Below, piece by piece: positions 22,395 through 32,128 of a stretch of 64,000 nt of DNA. The stretch comes from Candidatus Ferrigenium altingense (GTDB taxonomy: Bacteria; Pseudomonadota; Gammaproteobacteria; Burkholderiales; Gallionellaceae), in the NCBI GenBank assembly GCA_020621985.1, contig JAHRYS010000002.1, positions 241,730 to 305,729 on the forward strand, given 5' to 3'. The translations under genes were made by a program, and so were the position numbers. The number at the start of each line of letters is the position of its first letter. Position 1 is the first letter of the stretch. Below the pieces are notes generated by a model. The model was not told where the DNA came from and searched no databases. It was given only the letters and a program-made list of their open reading frames with translations.

Positions 22395-23156
22395 ATGTCT
22401 GATCACGATAAAATCTATTCGACCAAGTTCCAGGACAAGATTGAACGCAGCACCGTCCTGATGTTCGTCATGGTCGCTATCGTTGTGGCGATTGGCGGCA
22501 TCGTGGAAATCGTCCCGCTGTTCTATCTGGACCGCACCATGACCCACCTGTCGCCTGATGTAAAAGGCAAGGTGGGCAGCAAGGAAATCTCCCCGATCGT
22601 CTGGCAACGCCAGCCCGGACAGTCGCTGGATGACTGGAAACCGGGCGATGGCGTGCGCCCCTACAAGCCGCTGGAGCTGGCGGGGCGCGATGTTTACGTC
22701 CGCGAAGGCTGCTACCTGTGCCATTCGCAAATGATCCGCCCGTTCCGCGACGAGAAGGATCGTTATGGGCACTACTCGGTATCTTCCGAATCCATGTACG
22801 ACCATCCTTTTCAGTGGGGTTCCAAGCGCACCGGCCCTGATCTGGCGCGTGTCGGCGGCAAATACTCGGACGAGTGGCATCGCCGCCATCTGAAATATCC
22901 GCGCGAAGTGGTGCCTGAGTCTGTCATGCCCAACTATGTCTTCCTGGGCAAAAGCAAAGTGAATGCCGTGCAAATAAAGAAAAACATGGAGGCGATGCGC
23001 AGCATGCCTTTTTATCCGGCTCCTTACACCGATGCGGATATTGCCAGTGCCAAAGATGCTGTGGAAGGCAAGACTGAGCTGGATGCCGTGGTTGCCTACC
23101 TGCAGAGCCTGGGCAATCACATTAAATTCACTGAAGGCGTGAATTACCGTGACTAA
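22395..23156 (+). CDS. ccoO: cbb3 oxidase subunit II
   Basis: REGCYLCHSQMIRP, WGSKRTGPDLARVG and SVMPNY. Confidence 0.96.
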   Translation: MSDHDKIYSTKFQDKIERSTVLMFVMVAIVVAIGGIVEIVPLFYLDRTMTHLSPDVKGKVGSKEISPIVWQRQPGQSLDDWKPGDGVRPYKPLELAGRDVYVREGCYLCHSQMIRPFRDEKDRYGHYSVSSESMYDHPFQWGSKRTGPDLARVGGKYSDEWHRRHLKYPREVVPESVMPNYVFLGKSKVNAVQIKKNMEAMRSMPFYPAPYTDADIASAKDAVEGKTELDAVVAYLQSLGNHIKFTEGVNYRD

Positions 23157-23358
23157 GCTGCTGGGTTATCTGGGCATGGACGCGGCCGCCATGACCATCA
23201 ATGACTGGCTCGGGGTATTTTTTTCCGTAGCGGTGTTCATTGGCATGGTCTATGTTTATGTCATGGTGTTTCGTCCGGCAAACAAGGGCAAGTTCGAGTC
23301 ACAGCGCGGCATGGCGCTGGATGACGAAGATCATATCGATGCAGGAGAAATAAAATGA
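23149..23358 (+). CDS. ccoQ: cbb3 oxidase subunit CcoQ
   Basis: Single TM helix then VFRPANKGKFE; located between ccoO and ccoP. Confidence 0.85.
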   Translation: MTKLLGYLGMDAAAMTINDWLGVFFSVAVFIGMVYVYVMVFRPANKGKFESQRGMALDDEDHIDAGEIK

Positions 23359-24302
23359 GCGAAAAACACGAGGCATCAGGCGTATCGACAACCGGGCATG
23401 TGTGGGACGACGATCTGGCGGATCTCACCAACGAGCCGCCAAAATGGTGGATGCTAGGCTTGACCGCCAGCGCATTGTTCGTGGTGGTGTACTGGCTATA
23501 CTATCCCTCCATCCCGTTTGCCACGACAAATGGCTTTTTCAAGGGTATCGGCGGCTGGACGGCGATCAAGGAAATGGAAGCCGATGTGGGCGAGGTGGAG
23601 GCAGTGCGCGGCAAATTCGAAGCCAGGCTCAAGGGCATGACACCGGCAGCCATCCTGGCGGACAGCGAATTGACCGAGTACGTCACCCGTTCCGGCAAGG
23701 TATTGTTTGGCGACAATTGCGCTGCCTGTCACGGCCAGAACGGTATCGGCACGCACGATAAGGAAGGGCTGTTTGCGCCGATCCTGAACGACGACGACTG
23801 GCTGTATGGTGGCAAGATCGAAGATATCCATGCCTCCATCGAAGGCGGCCGTCAAGGCATGATGATGGCGCACAAGGATATGCTGTCCGCCGCCGAGATC
23901 GATGCCTTGGCCAACGCAGTCGCGAAAGGCCAGCCAACTTCCACGCCGTTGTTTGCGGCAAAGGGTTGTACGGCTTGCCACGGCGAGGACGGCAAGGGTA
24001 ATCAGGCCATGGGTTCGGCCAACCTGGTCGACAAGATATGGCGTTTTGAAGTAAGGAACGACAAGCTGAACGACGCCGAGAATATGAAGAGGCTGGTCGA
24101 GGGCAGCAAGCGCACCATTACCTACGGCGTAAACTCGGGCGACCCGCAAGGCCGCGCGGCAGTCATGCCGTCGTTTAAGGAAGCCGGCAAACTGAGCGAT
24201 ACCGAAATCAAGAAGCTGGCGGTGTACGTATACAAATTCGGTGGCGGTCAATCCGATGCACCCGCTGCCGCAGCAGCGCCAGCCGCTGGAGCCGCCAAGT
24301 AA
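23355..24302 (+). CDS. ccoP: cbb3 oxidase subunit III (di-heme)
   Basis: TTGHVWD, NEPPKWW, CAACHG, DWLYGG and CTACHG. Confidence 0.95.
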   Translation: MSEKHEASGVSTTGHVWDDDLADLTNEPPKWWMLGLTASALFVVVYWLYYPSIPFATTNGFFKGIGGWTAIKEMEADVGEVEAVRGKFEARLKGMTPAAILADSELTEYVTRSGKVLFGDNCAACHGQNGIGTHDKEGLFAPILNDDDWLYGGKIEDIHASIEGGRQGMMMAHKDMLSAAEIDALANAVAKGQPTSTPLFAAKGCTACHGEDGKGNQAMGSANLVDKIWRFEVRNDKLNDAENMKRLVEGSKRTITYGVNSGDPQGRAAVMPSFKEAGKLSDTEIKKLAVYVYKFGGGQSDAPAAAAAPAAGAAK

Positions 24303-24329
24303 GCAGCCACAGGCTTCATGCACGCATGG

Positions 24330-24360
24330 AAAGGAGGAGAGCTGAATCTCCTCCTTTTTT
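24330..24360 (+). terminator. Terminator after ccoP
   Basis: AAAGGAGGAGA-GCTGAA-TCTCCTCCTTTTTT. Confidence 0.8.
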
Positions 24361-24481
24361 CATCCTGGAAACAAGACGGTTTTTGAGCGGTAACGATATA
24401 AACAGCGGTTGCTATGTTCGCCTATTGATTTTGGAATAGCGTAACCCCACATAATCCATCGGGCCAGTCAGGAGTGAGAGT

Positions 24482-25957
24482 GTGAACATGGAAACAGAAC
24501 GAAAGGAAGCGGGTTCTGTCACTGGAATCTATCAGGAGCTTGAACACTGGAATGTGAATACGGGCGACAAGACCATTCATGCCAAACGCATGCCCGGCTT
24601 TTTTCGCACTATAAAAAACTACACTCAAGCGCTCTATCTGCTGTTCTTCCTCGTTCCCTATTTGCGCTGGAACGGCAAGCAGGCCATTCTGTTCGATATC
24701 ACCCATAACCAGTTCCACTTCTTTAATCTGACGGTGCTGCCACAGGACATCTGGATGTTGTCGCTGCTGCTGCTGTTGCTGGCGATGGTGCTGTTCGCGG
24801 TGACTTCGGTGGCGTCGCGGGTGTGGTGCGGCTATTTCTGCTTCCAGACTGCGTGGACCGACTGGTTCACCTGGATAGAAGACAAGATCGAAGGCAATCC
24901 CCAAGCCCGGCGCAAGCTGGACGCCGCACCCTGGAGCGCGGGGAAAATCTGGAAGAAATCCCTCAAGCATTTCATCTGGATGTCGATTTCCCTCCTTACC
25001 GGCATCAGCTTTTCAATCTGGTTCGTGGATGCCTACGATTATTGGAACAAGCTGGTGCATTTTCAGTTGCCGCTGGTCGGCTGGGTGACGCTGGCTACGA
25101 TTTTTTTTGGCACGTATATTCTGGCCGCGTTGTTGCGCGAGCAGGTCTGCATGTGGATGTGTCCCTACGCGCGTATCCAGGGCGTGATGACGGATTCGCA
25201 AACGATCTTGCCGGTATATGATTTCAGGCGCGGCGAGCCGCGCGGCAAGCTGCATCGCAAAGCGGGCGAGGGAGGAGGCGCGGTGCAAGGCGACTGCATC
25301 GATTGCTTCCAGTGCGTGCAGGTGTGTCCGACCGGCGTGGATATCCGCGATGGGCAGCAATTGGGTTGCATCACTTGCGGCCTGTGCCTGGATGCCTGCG
25401 ATTCCATCATGGATAAGGTGGGCAAGCCGCGCGGCTTGATACGCTATGCCTCGCTAAACGAGCTGGAGGGCAAGCCCGCCAGGAAGATGTACCAGCATCC
25501 GCGCACGCTGGTGTATATCGGCATTATCCTGATCGCCTTTGGCGGAATCGTTTATGGCCTGACACACCTGGGCTCGGTGGTGCTGAAGGTGATACCGGAG
25601 CGCCAGCCATTGTATGTTTACCTGAGCGACGGTTCGATACAGAACAAATACGAATTAAAGGTCTTGAACAAAACCGACAGCGATCTCCGGATTGGGGTTA
25701 CCGCAGAGGGTGGCGTGAGAGATCAGGTGATTATCGGCGCCGAAAAACCCTTGCTGGCGCGCCATGGCCGCAGCACTTCTTTCACCCTTTTTGTCAGGGC
25801 ACCCGGCCAGAACATCAAAATGGAGGTGACGCCGATTGAGTTCCGTATCCAGAGCATCGACGATCCGCTCATCGGCGCTGAATACAAGACCAAATTCAAC
25901 GGCCCCGCTGTTGACTTGGGGCGAAGAATAATTTCAGGAATGGGGAACGCAAAATGA
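24482..25957 (+). CDS. ccoG: cbb3 oxidase accessory 4Fe-4S protein
   Basis: RVWCGYFCFQT, CPYARIQ, CIDCFQCVQVCPTG and CITCGLCLDAC. Confidence 0.95.
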   Translation: MNMETERKEAGSVTGIYQELEHWNVNTGDKTIHAKRMPGFFRTIKNYTQALYLLFFLVPYLRWNGKQAILFDITHNQFHFFNLTVLPQDIWMLSLLLLLLAMVLFAVTSVASRVWCGYFCFQTAWTDWFTWIEDKIEGNPQARRKLDAAPWSAGKIWKKSLKHFIWMSISLLTGISFSIWFVDAYDYWNKLVHFQLPLVGWVTLATIFFGTYILAALLREQVCMWMCPYARIQGVMTDSQTILPVYDFRRGEPRGKLHRKAGEGGGAVQGDCIDCFQCVQVCPTGVDIRDGQQLGCITCGLCLDACDSIMDKVGKPRGLIRYASLNELEGKPARKMYQHPRTLVYIGIILIAFGGIVYGLTHLGSVVLKVIPERQPLYVYLSDGSIQNKYELKVLNKTDSDLRIGVTAEGGVRDQVIIGAEKPLLARHGRSTSFTLFVRAPGQNIKMEVTPIEFRIQSIDDPLIGAEYKTKFNGPAVDLGRRIISGMGNAK

Positions 25958-26463
25958 TTTCGCAATACAACAAAAAAGGCTTACGCAACCCCTGGTTCCT
26001 CGGGATGATTGGGTTGATCGTTGTGGTGCTGGGCGTGAACGGCACCTTCATCTGGCTGGCCATGCAAAATCGCCCGGCGCTGGTGGATCGGGAGTACAGC
26101 ACCAAAGACCGCAAATCGGATACCGCCGCACTAAACGATCTTCAGGCGCACAGAATCCTTGCGTGGAAAACCACCATCAAACAGCCCAAGGTCATCGTGA
26201 TGAATTCGCCGACGGCCTACGAAATCGGCGTGGAGGATCGCACGGGTATGCCGGTCAGCGGGACAATGGAAGTGTTAGCCTACCGCGCGTCCGATGCGCG
26301 CCAGGACTTCACCACGGCTTTCAGGGAAACATCGCCGGGCAACTATCAGGGTTATATCAACTTTCCGCTCAAGGGCTATTGGGAATTGCGCATCCGCAGC
26401 CAACGCGGAGAGGAAATATTTGAGGTCAATACCGACAGGTTCACGGTTGCCGCCGCGCCCTGA
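25954..26463 (+). CDS. ccoH: FixH/CcoH family protein
   Basis: NPWF plus TM helix; YQG...PLKGYWEL motif; overlaps the ccoG stop codon. Confidence 0.8.
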   Translation: MISQYNKKGLRNPWFLGMIGLIVVVLGVNGTFIWLAMQNRPALVDREYSTKDRKSDTAALNDLQAHRILAWKTTIKQPKVIVMNSPTAYEIGVEDRTGMPVSGTMEVLAYRASDARQDFTTAFRETSPGNYQGYINFPLKGYWELRIRSQRGEEIFEVNTDRFTVAAAP

Positions 26464-26579
26464 CGGGAGGTTGGCACAGGGGTAAGCCTTAAAAAATACT
26501 TGTCGAATTGGGTAATTTTGGTTTAGAAAAGGAGCTGTATACTGTTTATAAGTTAACCGGACACTTCTGGAAATCCAAC

Positions 26580-29500
26580 ATGACTAACGCCGAGTCGCCG
26601 CAGCAAACTGCCACATTGACTATCGAGCAATCTCTCCAACAAGCCATCGCTCACCAACAGGCAGGCCAGTTACAAGAAGCCGGAGAACTCTACCGGGTCA
26701 TTCTTCAAGCTCATCCGAATCATCCGGAGGCCAACTACAACATGGGGGGCTTGGCGGTACAGATGAAACAGCCCGCAGCCGGCCTGCCCTATTTCATGGC
26801 CGCACTGGATGCCGAACCGGCGCGCGGGCAATACTGGTTGAATTACATCGACGCACTGTTCCAGGCCGGCCAGTTGGAAGATGCGCGGCAGGTGCTGGCG
26901 CTCGCACAACAGCAGGGGTTGCAGGGGGATGCGGTAGAAGCTCTGGCGCTGCGTTTGAAAGGTGGCGCGCAGGTCGCCGAGCAAGCCAATGCAGAACATC
27001 AGCAAGCCTTAAAGGAATCGCTACCCGTTTCACCGACAGCCCCGCAAAACAGCCAGAAAGCCGCCAAGACCAAACCTGCCAAGCCGAATAAATCGGCCGG
27101 AAAATTTGCCCCACACAAGGGGAAAATCCCCAGTCCTCAAGAGATCAATACACTGGTGGACATGTTCAACCAAGGGCGGTTTACGGAAGCGGCAAGCCTC
27201 GCCCAGGCGATGACGGAGCGCTTCCCTCTGCACGAGTTTGGCTGGAAGGCGTTGGGCGCACTGTTCAAGCAGATGGGGCGGAGTGCAGATGCGCTGACCC
27301 CCATGCAAAAAGCAGCAGCACTGTCGCCGGGTGACGTCGAGGCGCATTACAACCTGGGCGTCACCCTCCAGGATATGGGCCGTTTGATCGAGGCCCAAAT
27401 CAGCTACCGACGGGCATTAAAGATCAACCCTAATTATGCTGATGCACATAGCAATCTGGGCGTCATCCTTCAAGAGTTGGGGCGACTGGATGAGGCAGAA
27501 ACCAGCTACCGACGGACGCTGCAGATCAGCCCGGATTACGCTAAGGCGCACAGCAACCTAGGCGCTATTCTTCAAAAGTTGGGAAGGCTGGACGAGGCCG
27601 AGGCCAGCTTTCGACGAGTGCTGCAGATCAGCCAAGATAATGCCGAGGCGCATAGCAACCTGGGAAATGCACTCAAGGATCTGGGCCGGTTGGCCGAGGC
27701 CGAGGCCAGCTACCGACGGACGCTACAGATCAACCCGGATTATGCTGCGGCGCATAGCAACCTGGGTATCATCTTTCACGAATTGGGCCGATTGGACGAG
27801 GCCGAAGCCAGCTACCGGCGGGTGCTGGAGATCACCCCGGATAATGCTGAGGCGCATTACAATTTGGGTAACATCCTCAAGGAGTTGGGCAGGCTAGACG
27901 AGGCCGAGGCCAGTTACCGAAAGGCGCTGGAGATTAAACCTGATTTCGTTGAGGTGCATAGCAACCTGGGAAATACACTCAAGGAGCTGGGCCGGTTGGC
28001 CGAGGCCGAGGCCAGCTACCAGCGGGCGCTGCAGATCAACCCGGATTATGCTGCGGCGCATAGCAACCTGGGCATCATCCTTCACGAATTGGGCCGATTG
28101 GACGAGGCCGAAATCAGCTACCGGCGGGCGCTGGAAATCGAGCCGAATTACGCTGACGCGCACAGCAATCTGGGCATCACCCTCAAGGGGCTTGGCCGAC
28201 TAGACGAGGCCGAAGCCAGCTACCGGCGGGCGCTGGAGATCACCCCGGATTGTGCTGAGGCGCATTATAATTTGGGTAATATCCTCAAGGAGTTGGGCAG
28301 GCTAGACGAGGCCGAGGCCAGCTACCGGCGGGCGCTGCAGATTAAACCCGATTTCGTTGAGGTGCATAGCAATCTGGGTATCACCCTCAAGGATCTGGGC
28401 CGGTTGGCCGAGGCCGAGGCCAGCTACCAACGGGCGCTGCAAATCAAGCCGGATTATGCTGCGGCGCATGGCAACCTGGGTATCACTCTCAAGGAGTTGG
28501 GCAGGCTAGACGAGGCCGTAGCCAGCCACCGGCGGGCGCTGCAGATCGAACCGAATAACGCTAATACGCATAACAACCTGGGAGACTCCCTCCAGTATAT
28601 GAACCGGTTAAACGAGGCCGAAGCCAGCTACCGGCGGGCGCTGGAGATCGATCCGGTTTTTGATATGGCGCACAGCAACCTGCTTTTTTGCCTTCTTCAC
28701 AATGAAACAGCGGATGCGGAGATGTTGTTTTCTGAACACCTTCGCTTTGGTGAGCAATTCGAGGCTCCCCTGCGAACCAGTTGGCCCCAGCACAGCAACT
28801 CGCGAAACCCGGATCGCTGCCTGCAAGTTGGTTTTGTCTCCGGTGATTTGCGTGACCATGCGGTGGCTTCCTTTATCGAGCCGGTGCTGGCGCACCTGGC
28901 GAGGTATCCGCAATTGTCATTGCACGCCTACGCTAACCACAGTATGGACGACAGTATCACCCAACGTCTGCGCGGATATTTTGCACACTGGTATCCGATT
29001 GTCGGCCTGTCGGACGCGGCACTGGCGGAAAAAATCCGTGCTGACAGTATCGACATCCTGATCGATCTCTCGGGCCACACTGCTAAAAATCGCCTGTTGG
29101 TCTTTGCCTGCAAACCGGCGCCGGTGCAGGCCAGTTGGATGGGTTATCCCGGCACCACGGGCTTGAGCGCGATGGATTACTATCTGGCAGATCGGTTTTT
29201 TCTGCCACTTGGGGAATTCGATAGTCAATTCACGGAAAAAATTGTGCGCTTACCGGCCGGCGTACCTTTTTTGCCTTTCAAAGGTGCGCCGCCGGTCAAT
29301 GCCCTGCCTGCCCTGAGCAACGGCTATATGACCTTCGGCAGCTTCAACCGTTTGAGCAAACTCAGCCGGTCAGTCATCGCACTATGGTCGCAACTTCTGC
29401 GCGCGCTACCAGATTCCAGAATGGTGCTGGGTGCCATGCCTCAAGATGGAAAAAATGATACGTTGATCGATTGGTTTGCGCAGGAAGGTATCGCGCGGGA

Positions 29501-29966
29501 ACGCCTGAGTTTCCATCCGCGTAGCGGTATGGAACACTACCTGAGCCTGCATCATCAAGTAGATATCTGTTTGGATACGTTCCCTTATAACGGCGGCACT
29601 ACGACCCTTCATGCGCTATGGATGGGTGTGCCGACACTAACCTTGGCGGGCAGCACAACGGCGGGTCGGCCGGGCGTCACGATTCTCAGCCATGCTGGCC
29701 TGGATGAGTTTGTAGCCTATGATGCAGCGGATTTCGTGCAGAAGGGCTTGCCTTGGGCCGGCAATCTTGCCGCGCTGTCTGATATCCGGGCAGGTTTGCG
29801 GGAACGCTTTGCGCAGTCGGCGATGGGACAGCCAGCGGTGGTTGCTGCAGGCGTTGAACGTGCCTTGCGCATCATGTGGCAACGCTGGTGTGCAGGCCTG
29901 CCGCCGGAATCATTTGAAGTGTCATTGCAAGATGTTAACAGCACGATGCAGGAGGCCAGCAAATGA
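26580..29966 (+). CDS. TPR-repeat GT41 (OGT/SPINDLY-like) glycosyltransferase, probable flagellin O-glycosyltransferase
   Basis: Long TPR array, then VGFVSGDLRDHAV, IDILIDLSGHT, PAPVQASWMGYPGTTG, FGSFNRLSK and LDTFPYNGGTT; lies upstream of the flagellin genes. Confidence 0.9.
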   Translation: MTNAESPQQTATLTIEQSLQQAIAHQQAGQLQEAGELYRVILQAHPNHPEANYNMGGLAVQMKQPAAGLPYFMAALDAEPARGQYWLNYIDALFQAGQLEDARQVLALAQQQGLQGDAVEALALRLKGGAQVAEQANAEHQQALKESLPVSPTAPQNSQKAAKTKPAKPNKSAGKFAPHKGKIPSPQEINTLVDMFNQGRFTEAASLAQAMTERFPLHEFGWKALGALFKQMGRSADALTPMQKAAALSPGDVEAHYNLGVTLQDMGRLIEAQISYRRALKINPNYADAHSNLGVILQELGRLDEAETSYRRTLQISPDYAKAHSNLGAILQKLGRLDEAEASFRRVLQISQDNAEAHSNLGNALKDLGRLAEAEASYRRTLQINPDYAAAHSNLGIIFHELGRLDEAEASYRRVLEITPDNAEAHYNLGNILKELGRLDEAEASYRKALEIKPDFVEVHSNLGNTLKELGRLAEAEASYQRALQINPDYAAAHSNLGIILHELGRLDEAEISYRRALEIEPNYADAHSNLGITLKGLGRLDEAEASYRRALEITPDCAEAHYNLGNILKELGRLDEAEASYRRALQIKPDFVEVHSNLGITLKDLGRLAEAEASYQRALQIKPDYAAAHGNLGITLKELGRLDEAVASHRRALQIEPNNANTHNNLGDSLQYMNRLNEAEASYRRALEIDPVFDMAHSNLLFCLLHNETADAEMLFSEHLRFGEQFEAPLRTSWPQHSNSRNPDRCLQVGFVSGDLRDHAVASFIEPVLAHLARYPQLSLHAYANHSMDDSITQRLRGYFAHWYPIVGLSDAALAEKIRADSIDILIDLSGHTAKNRLLVFACKPAPVQASWMGYPGTTGLSAMDYYLADRFFLPLGEFDSQFTEKIVRLPAGVPFLPFKGAPPVNALPALSNGYMTFGSFNRLSKLSRSVIALWSQLLRALPDSRMVLGAMPQDGKNDTLIDWFAQEGIARERLSFHPRSGMEHYLSLHHQVDICLDTFPYNGGTTTLHALWMGVPTLTLAGSTTAGRPGVTILSHAGLDEFVAYDAADFVQKGLPWAGNLAALSDIRAGLRERFAQSAMGQPAVVAAGVERALRIMWQRWCAGLPPESFEVSLQDVNSTMQEASK
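27337..28680 (+). repeat. 13 tandem 102-bp TPR-coding repeats
   Basis: Repeating AHxNLG..L.ELGRL.EAE.SYRRAL.I.P unit, with very high DNA similarity between copies. Confidence 0.9.
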
Positions 29967-31081
29967 CGGCTTCACGGGGAGACACGCCAATTTATGTCAC
30001 GCAGCCTTCCTTGCCACCGCTGGAAGAATTTATTCCCTATCTGCAACAAATTTGGGACAGTAAATGGCTGACCAATAGCGGCCCGTTTCACCAGCAATTT
30101 GAACAGGCATTATGCGACTACCTGGGCGTGAAGCATCTTGCCCTGTTCACCAACGGCACCCTTGCACTGGTTACCGCCCTGCAAACCTTGCGCATCACGG
30201 GCGAAGTCATCACCACGCCATATTCTTTCGTGGCAACAGCCCATTCGCTGCTGTGGAACGGGATCAAACCGGTGTTTGTGGACATCGACCCGATCACGCT
30301 CAATCTCGATCCTGACAGGATCGAGGCCGCCATCACCCCGCAAACCACCGCCATCATGCCGGTACACTGCTACGGGCACCCCTGTGATGTGGATCGTATC
30401 CAGAAGATTGCCGACAACTATGGGCTGAAAGTCATCTACGACGCCGCCCACGCCTTTGGTGTGCAATGCCATGACGGCAGCGTGCTCAACCACGGCGACC
30501 TGTCGGTGCTGAGCTTTCACGCCACCAAAGTGTTCAACACCTTCGAAGGCGGCGCCATCGTCTGCCACGATGCCAAAACCAAGCAGCGTATTGACCACCT
30601 GAAAAACTTTGGCTTTGTGGACGAGGTGACCGTGGTCGCTCCCGGCATCAACGGCAAGATGAGCGAAATCAATGCCGCCTTTGGCTTGTTGCAACTAAAA
30701 AGCATTGATGAAGCCCTGCAAAAGCGCAAAGCCATTGATGCCCGTTACCGGGAGTCCTTGGCCGGGATCAAGGGTATCCATTGCCTGTCGGCTGCAGGCG
30801 AAAAGGTGGCCAACTACGCCTACTTCCCGATTCTGGTGCAGCCGGACTATCCCTTGAGCCGTGATGCGTTGTATCAAAAGCTACAGGATAACGGTATTTA
30901 TGCGCGCCGGTATTTCTACCCGTTGATAAGCGATTTTCCGATGTACCGTGGAATGCCTTCGGCGGCGCATGCGAATTTGCCGGTGGCGAGAAAAGTGGCG
31001 GAGCAGGTGATTTGTTTGCCTATCTACCCCGATCTCTCCGGTGAACAGGTCGATTCAATAGTTGAACTTATCGCATGCTAA
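29963..31081 (+). CDS. DegT/DnrJ sugar aminotransferase (VioA-like)
   Basis: IYVTQPSLPPL, YDAAHAFG, SFHATKVFNTFEGG, GINGKMSE and RRYFYP. Confidence 0.9.
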   Translation: MTASRGDTPIYVTQPSLPPLEEFIPYLQQIWDSKWLTNSGPFHQQFEQALCDYLGVKHLALFTNGTLALVTALQTLRITGEVITTPYSFVATAHSLLWNGIKPVFVDIDPITLNLDPDRIEAAITPQTTAIMPVHCYGHPCDVDRIQKIADNYGLKVIYDAAHAFGVQCHDGSVLNHGDLSVLSFHATKVFNTFEGGAIVCHDAKTKQRIDHLKNFGFVDEVTVVAPGINGKMSEINAAFGLLQLKSIDEALQKRKAIDARYRESLAGIKGIHCLSAAGEKVANYAYFPILVQPDYPLSRDALYQKLQDNGIYARRYFYPLISDFPMYRGMPSAAHANLPVARKVAEQVICLPIYPDLSGEQVDSIVELIAC

Positions 31082-31192
31082 GCGGGTAATGGAAAGTCTT
31101 GCCATCATGCGGCACCATTTGCCCATGTTCGTTAATGATAGGATGCAATTTCTTGCGTCCTGTGCGGACTTTGATCTAACACAAGGATAGTG

Positions 31193-31498
31193 ATGCGACT
31201 AACAGACCAGCAGCGCGCCATAATTCGCGCAACCGTTGCTGAAACCTTTGGTGCAGGGGCCGATGTGTGGCTGTTTGGATCAAGGGTGGATGACAGCAAG
31301 CGAGGGGGGGACATCGATCTTTTGATTGAAACAGATCAAGTTGACGTCGATGCAATAGCACGAGCTGAAATTTCCTTCCTGACCAAGATACAAATGAAAC
31401 TGGGCGAGCAAAAAATAGATGTGCTGCTGGATTACCCCTCGCGTAAAACCCGCCCGCCCATTTTTTCCGTTGCCAAACAAACCGGTGTTTTGCTATGA
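31193..31498 (+). CDS. Minimal nucleotidyltransferase (MntA-like antitoxin)
   Basis: LFGSRVDDSKRGGDIDLLI (GS..DxD motif). Confidence 0.88.
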   Translation: MRLTDQQRAIIRATVAETFGAGADVWLFGSRVDDSKRGGDIDLLIETDQVDVDAIARAEISFLTKIQMKLGEQKIDVLLDYPSRKTRPPIFSVAKQTGVLL

Positions 31499-32031
31499 GT
31501 AACGATGTTTCATCACTTCGACTGCAAGACGCCTGGCGCGAATGCGAGCGCAACGTTTATCACCTGTCTCGTGCATTAACATCGCTCGGTTCCATTTTGC
31601 CGATGACTGGGGAGAGGCTCGAGTATCTGACCGATGCGCAGGTGCAAGCGCTAGACCAATTCATCCTGCGCTTTACAAAATTGCAGGATGCGATGGGCGG
31701 TCGTTTGTTTCCGGCTATTCTGCAATATCTGCAAGAGCAATATGAAGAACGCCCAATGTTGGACAAACTCAACCGGCTGGAAAAACTAGGGTATATCCAA
31801 AGTGCAGAGGCATGGCAGAACATTCGTAATGCCCGCAACAAATTCGCCCATGATTATCCCGATGACTGGGAAAAGAATGCCGCACTAATCAATGTGGCCT
31901 GCGAAGCCGCTGCAGATATGTACAACATTCTGGCGGGCATAGAGAAGAAGTTGAAAATCGATCAGCCGCTTCTTGAATTGGGTAAGGCTTTGACTGTGGC
32001 TTATCCAAAACCATCGTCTCGCTGCAAATAG
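31495..32031 (+). CDS. HEPN-domain toxin (HepT-like)
   Basis: DQFILRFTKLQD and RNKFAHDY (Rx4HxY); ATGA overlap with the MNT gene. Confidence 0.85.
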   Translation: MSNDVSSLRLQDAWRECERNVYHLSRALTSLGSILPMTGERLEYLTDAQVQALDQFILRFTKLQDAMGGRLFPAILQYLQEQYEERPMLDKLNRLEKLGYIQSAEAWQNIRNARNKFAHDYPDDWEKNAALINVACEAAADMYNILAGIEKKLKIDQPLLELGKALTVAYPKPSSRCK

Positions 32032-32041
32032 CCAGTTGAAA

Positions 32042-32128
32042 ATGAAGGCTGTCGCCATCATGCAGCAGGGTTTCTTCTTCGGCATCGGTCATTTTCAGGC
32101 GATCGTGGCAGATAGGCTAGCGCCATGA
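32042..32128 (+). pseudogene. Probable 5' remnant of a WbqC-family gene
   Basis: The 28-aa ORF MKAVAIMQQGFFFGIGHFQAIVA... resembles the WbqC N-terminus (M.VAIMQPYFFPYIGYFQLI, recalled consensus). Its TGA overlaps the next ATG. Confidence 0.55.

Noticed and set aside
26471-26487. Possible sigma54 promoter before the GT41 gene (TTGGCACAGGGGTAAGC)
   Set aside because: The -12 GC is misplaced by one base and TTGC is lacking.
27337-28680. CRISPR-like periodic repeats
   Set aside because: They are 102-bp in-frame TPR coding units with no unique spacers and no cas genes.
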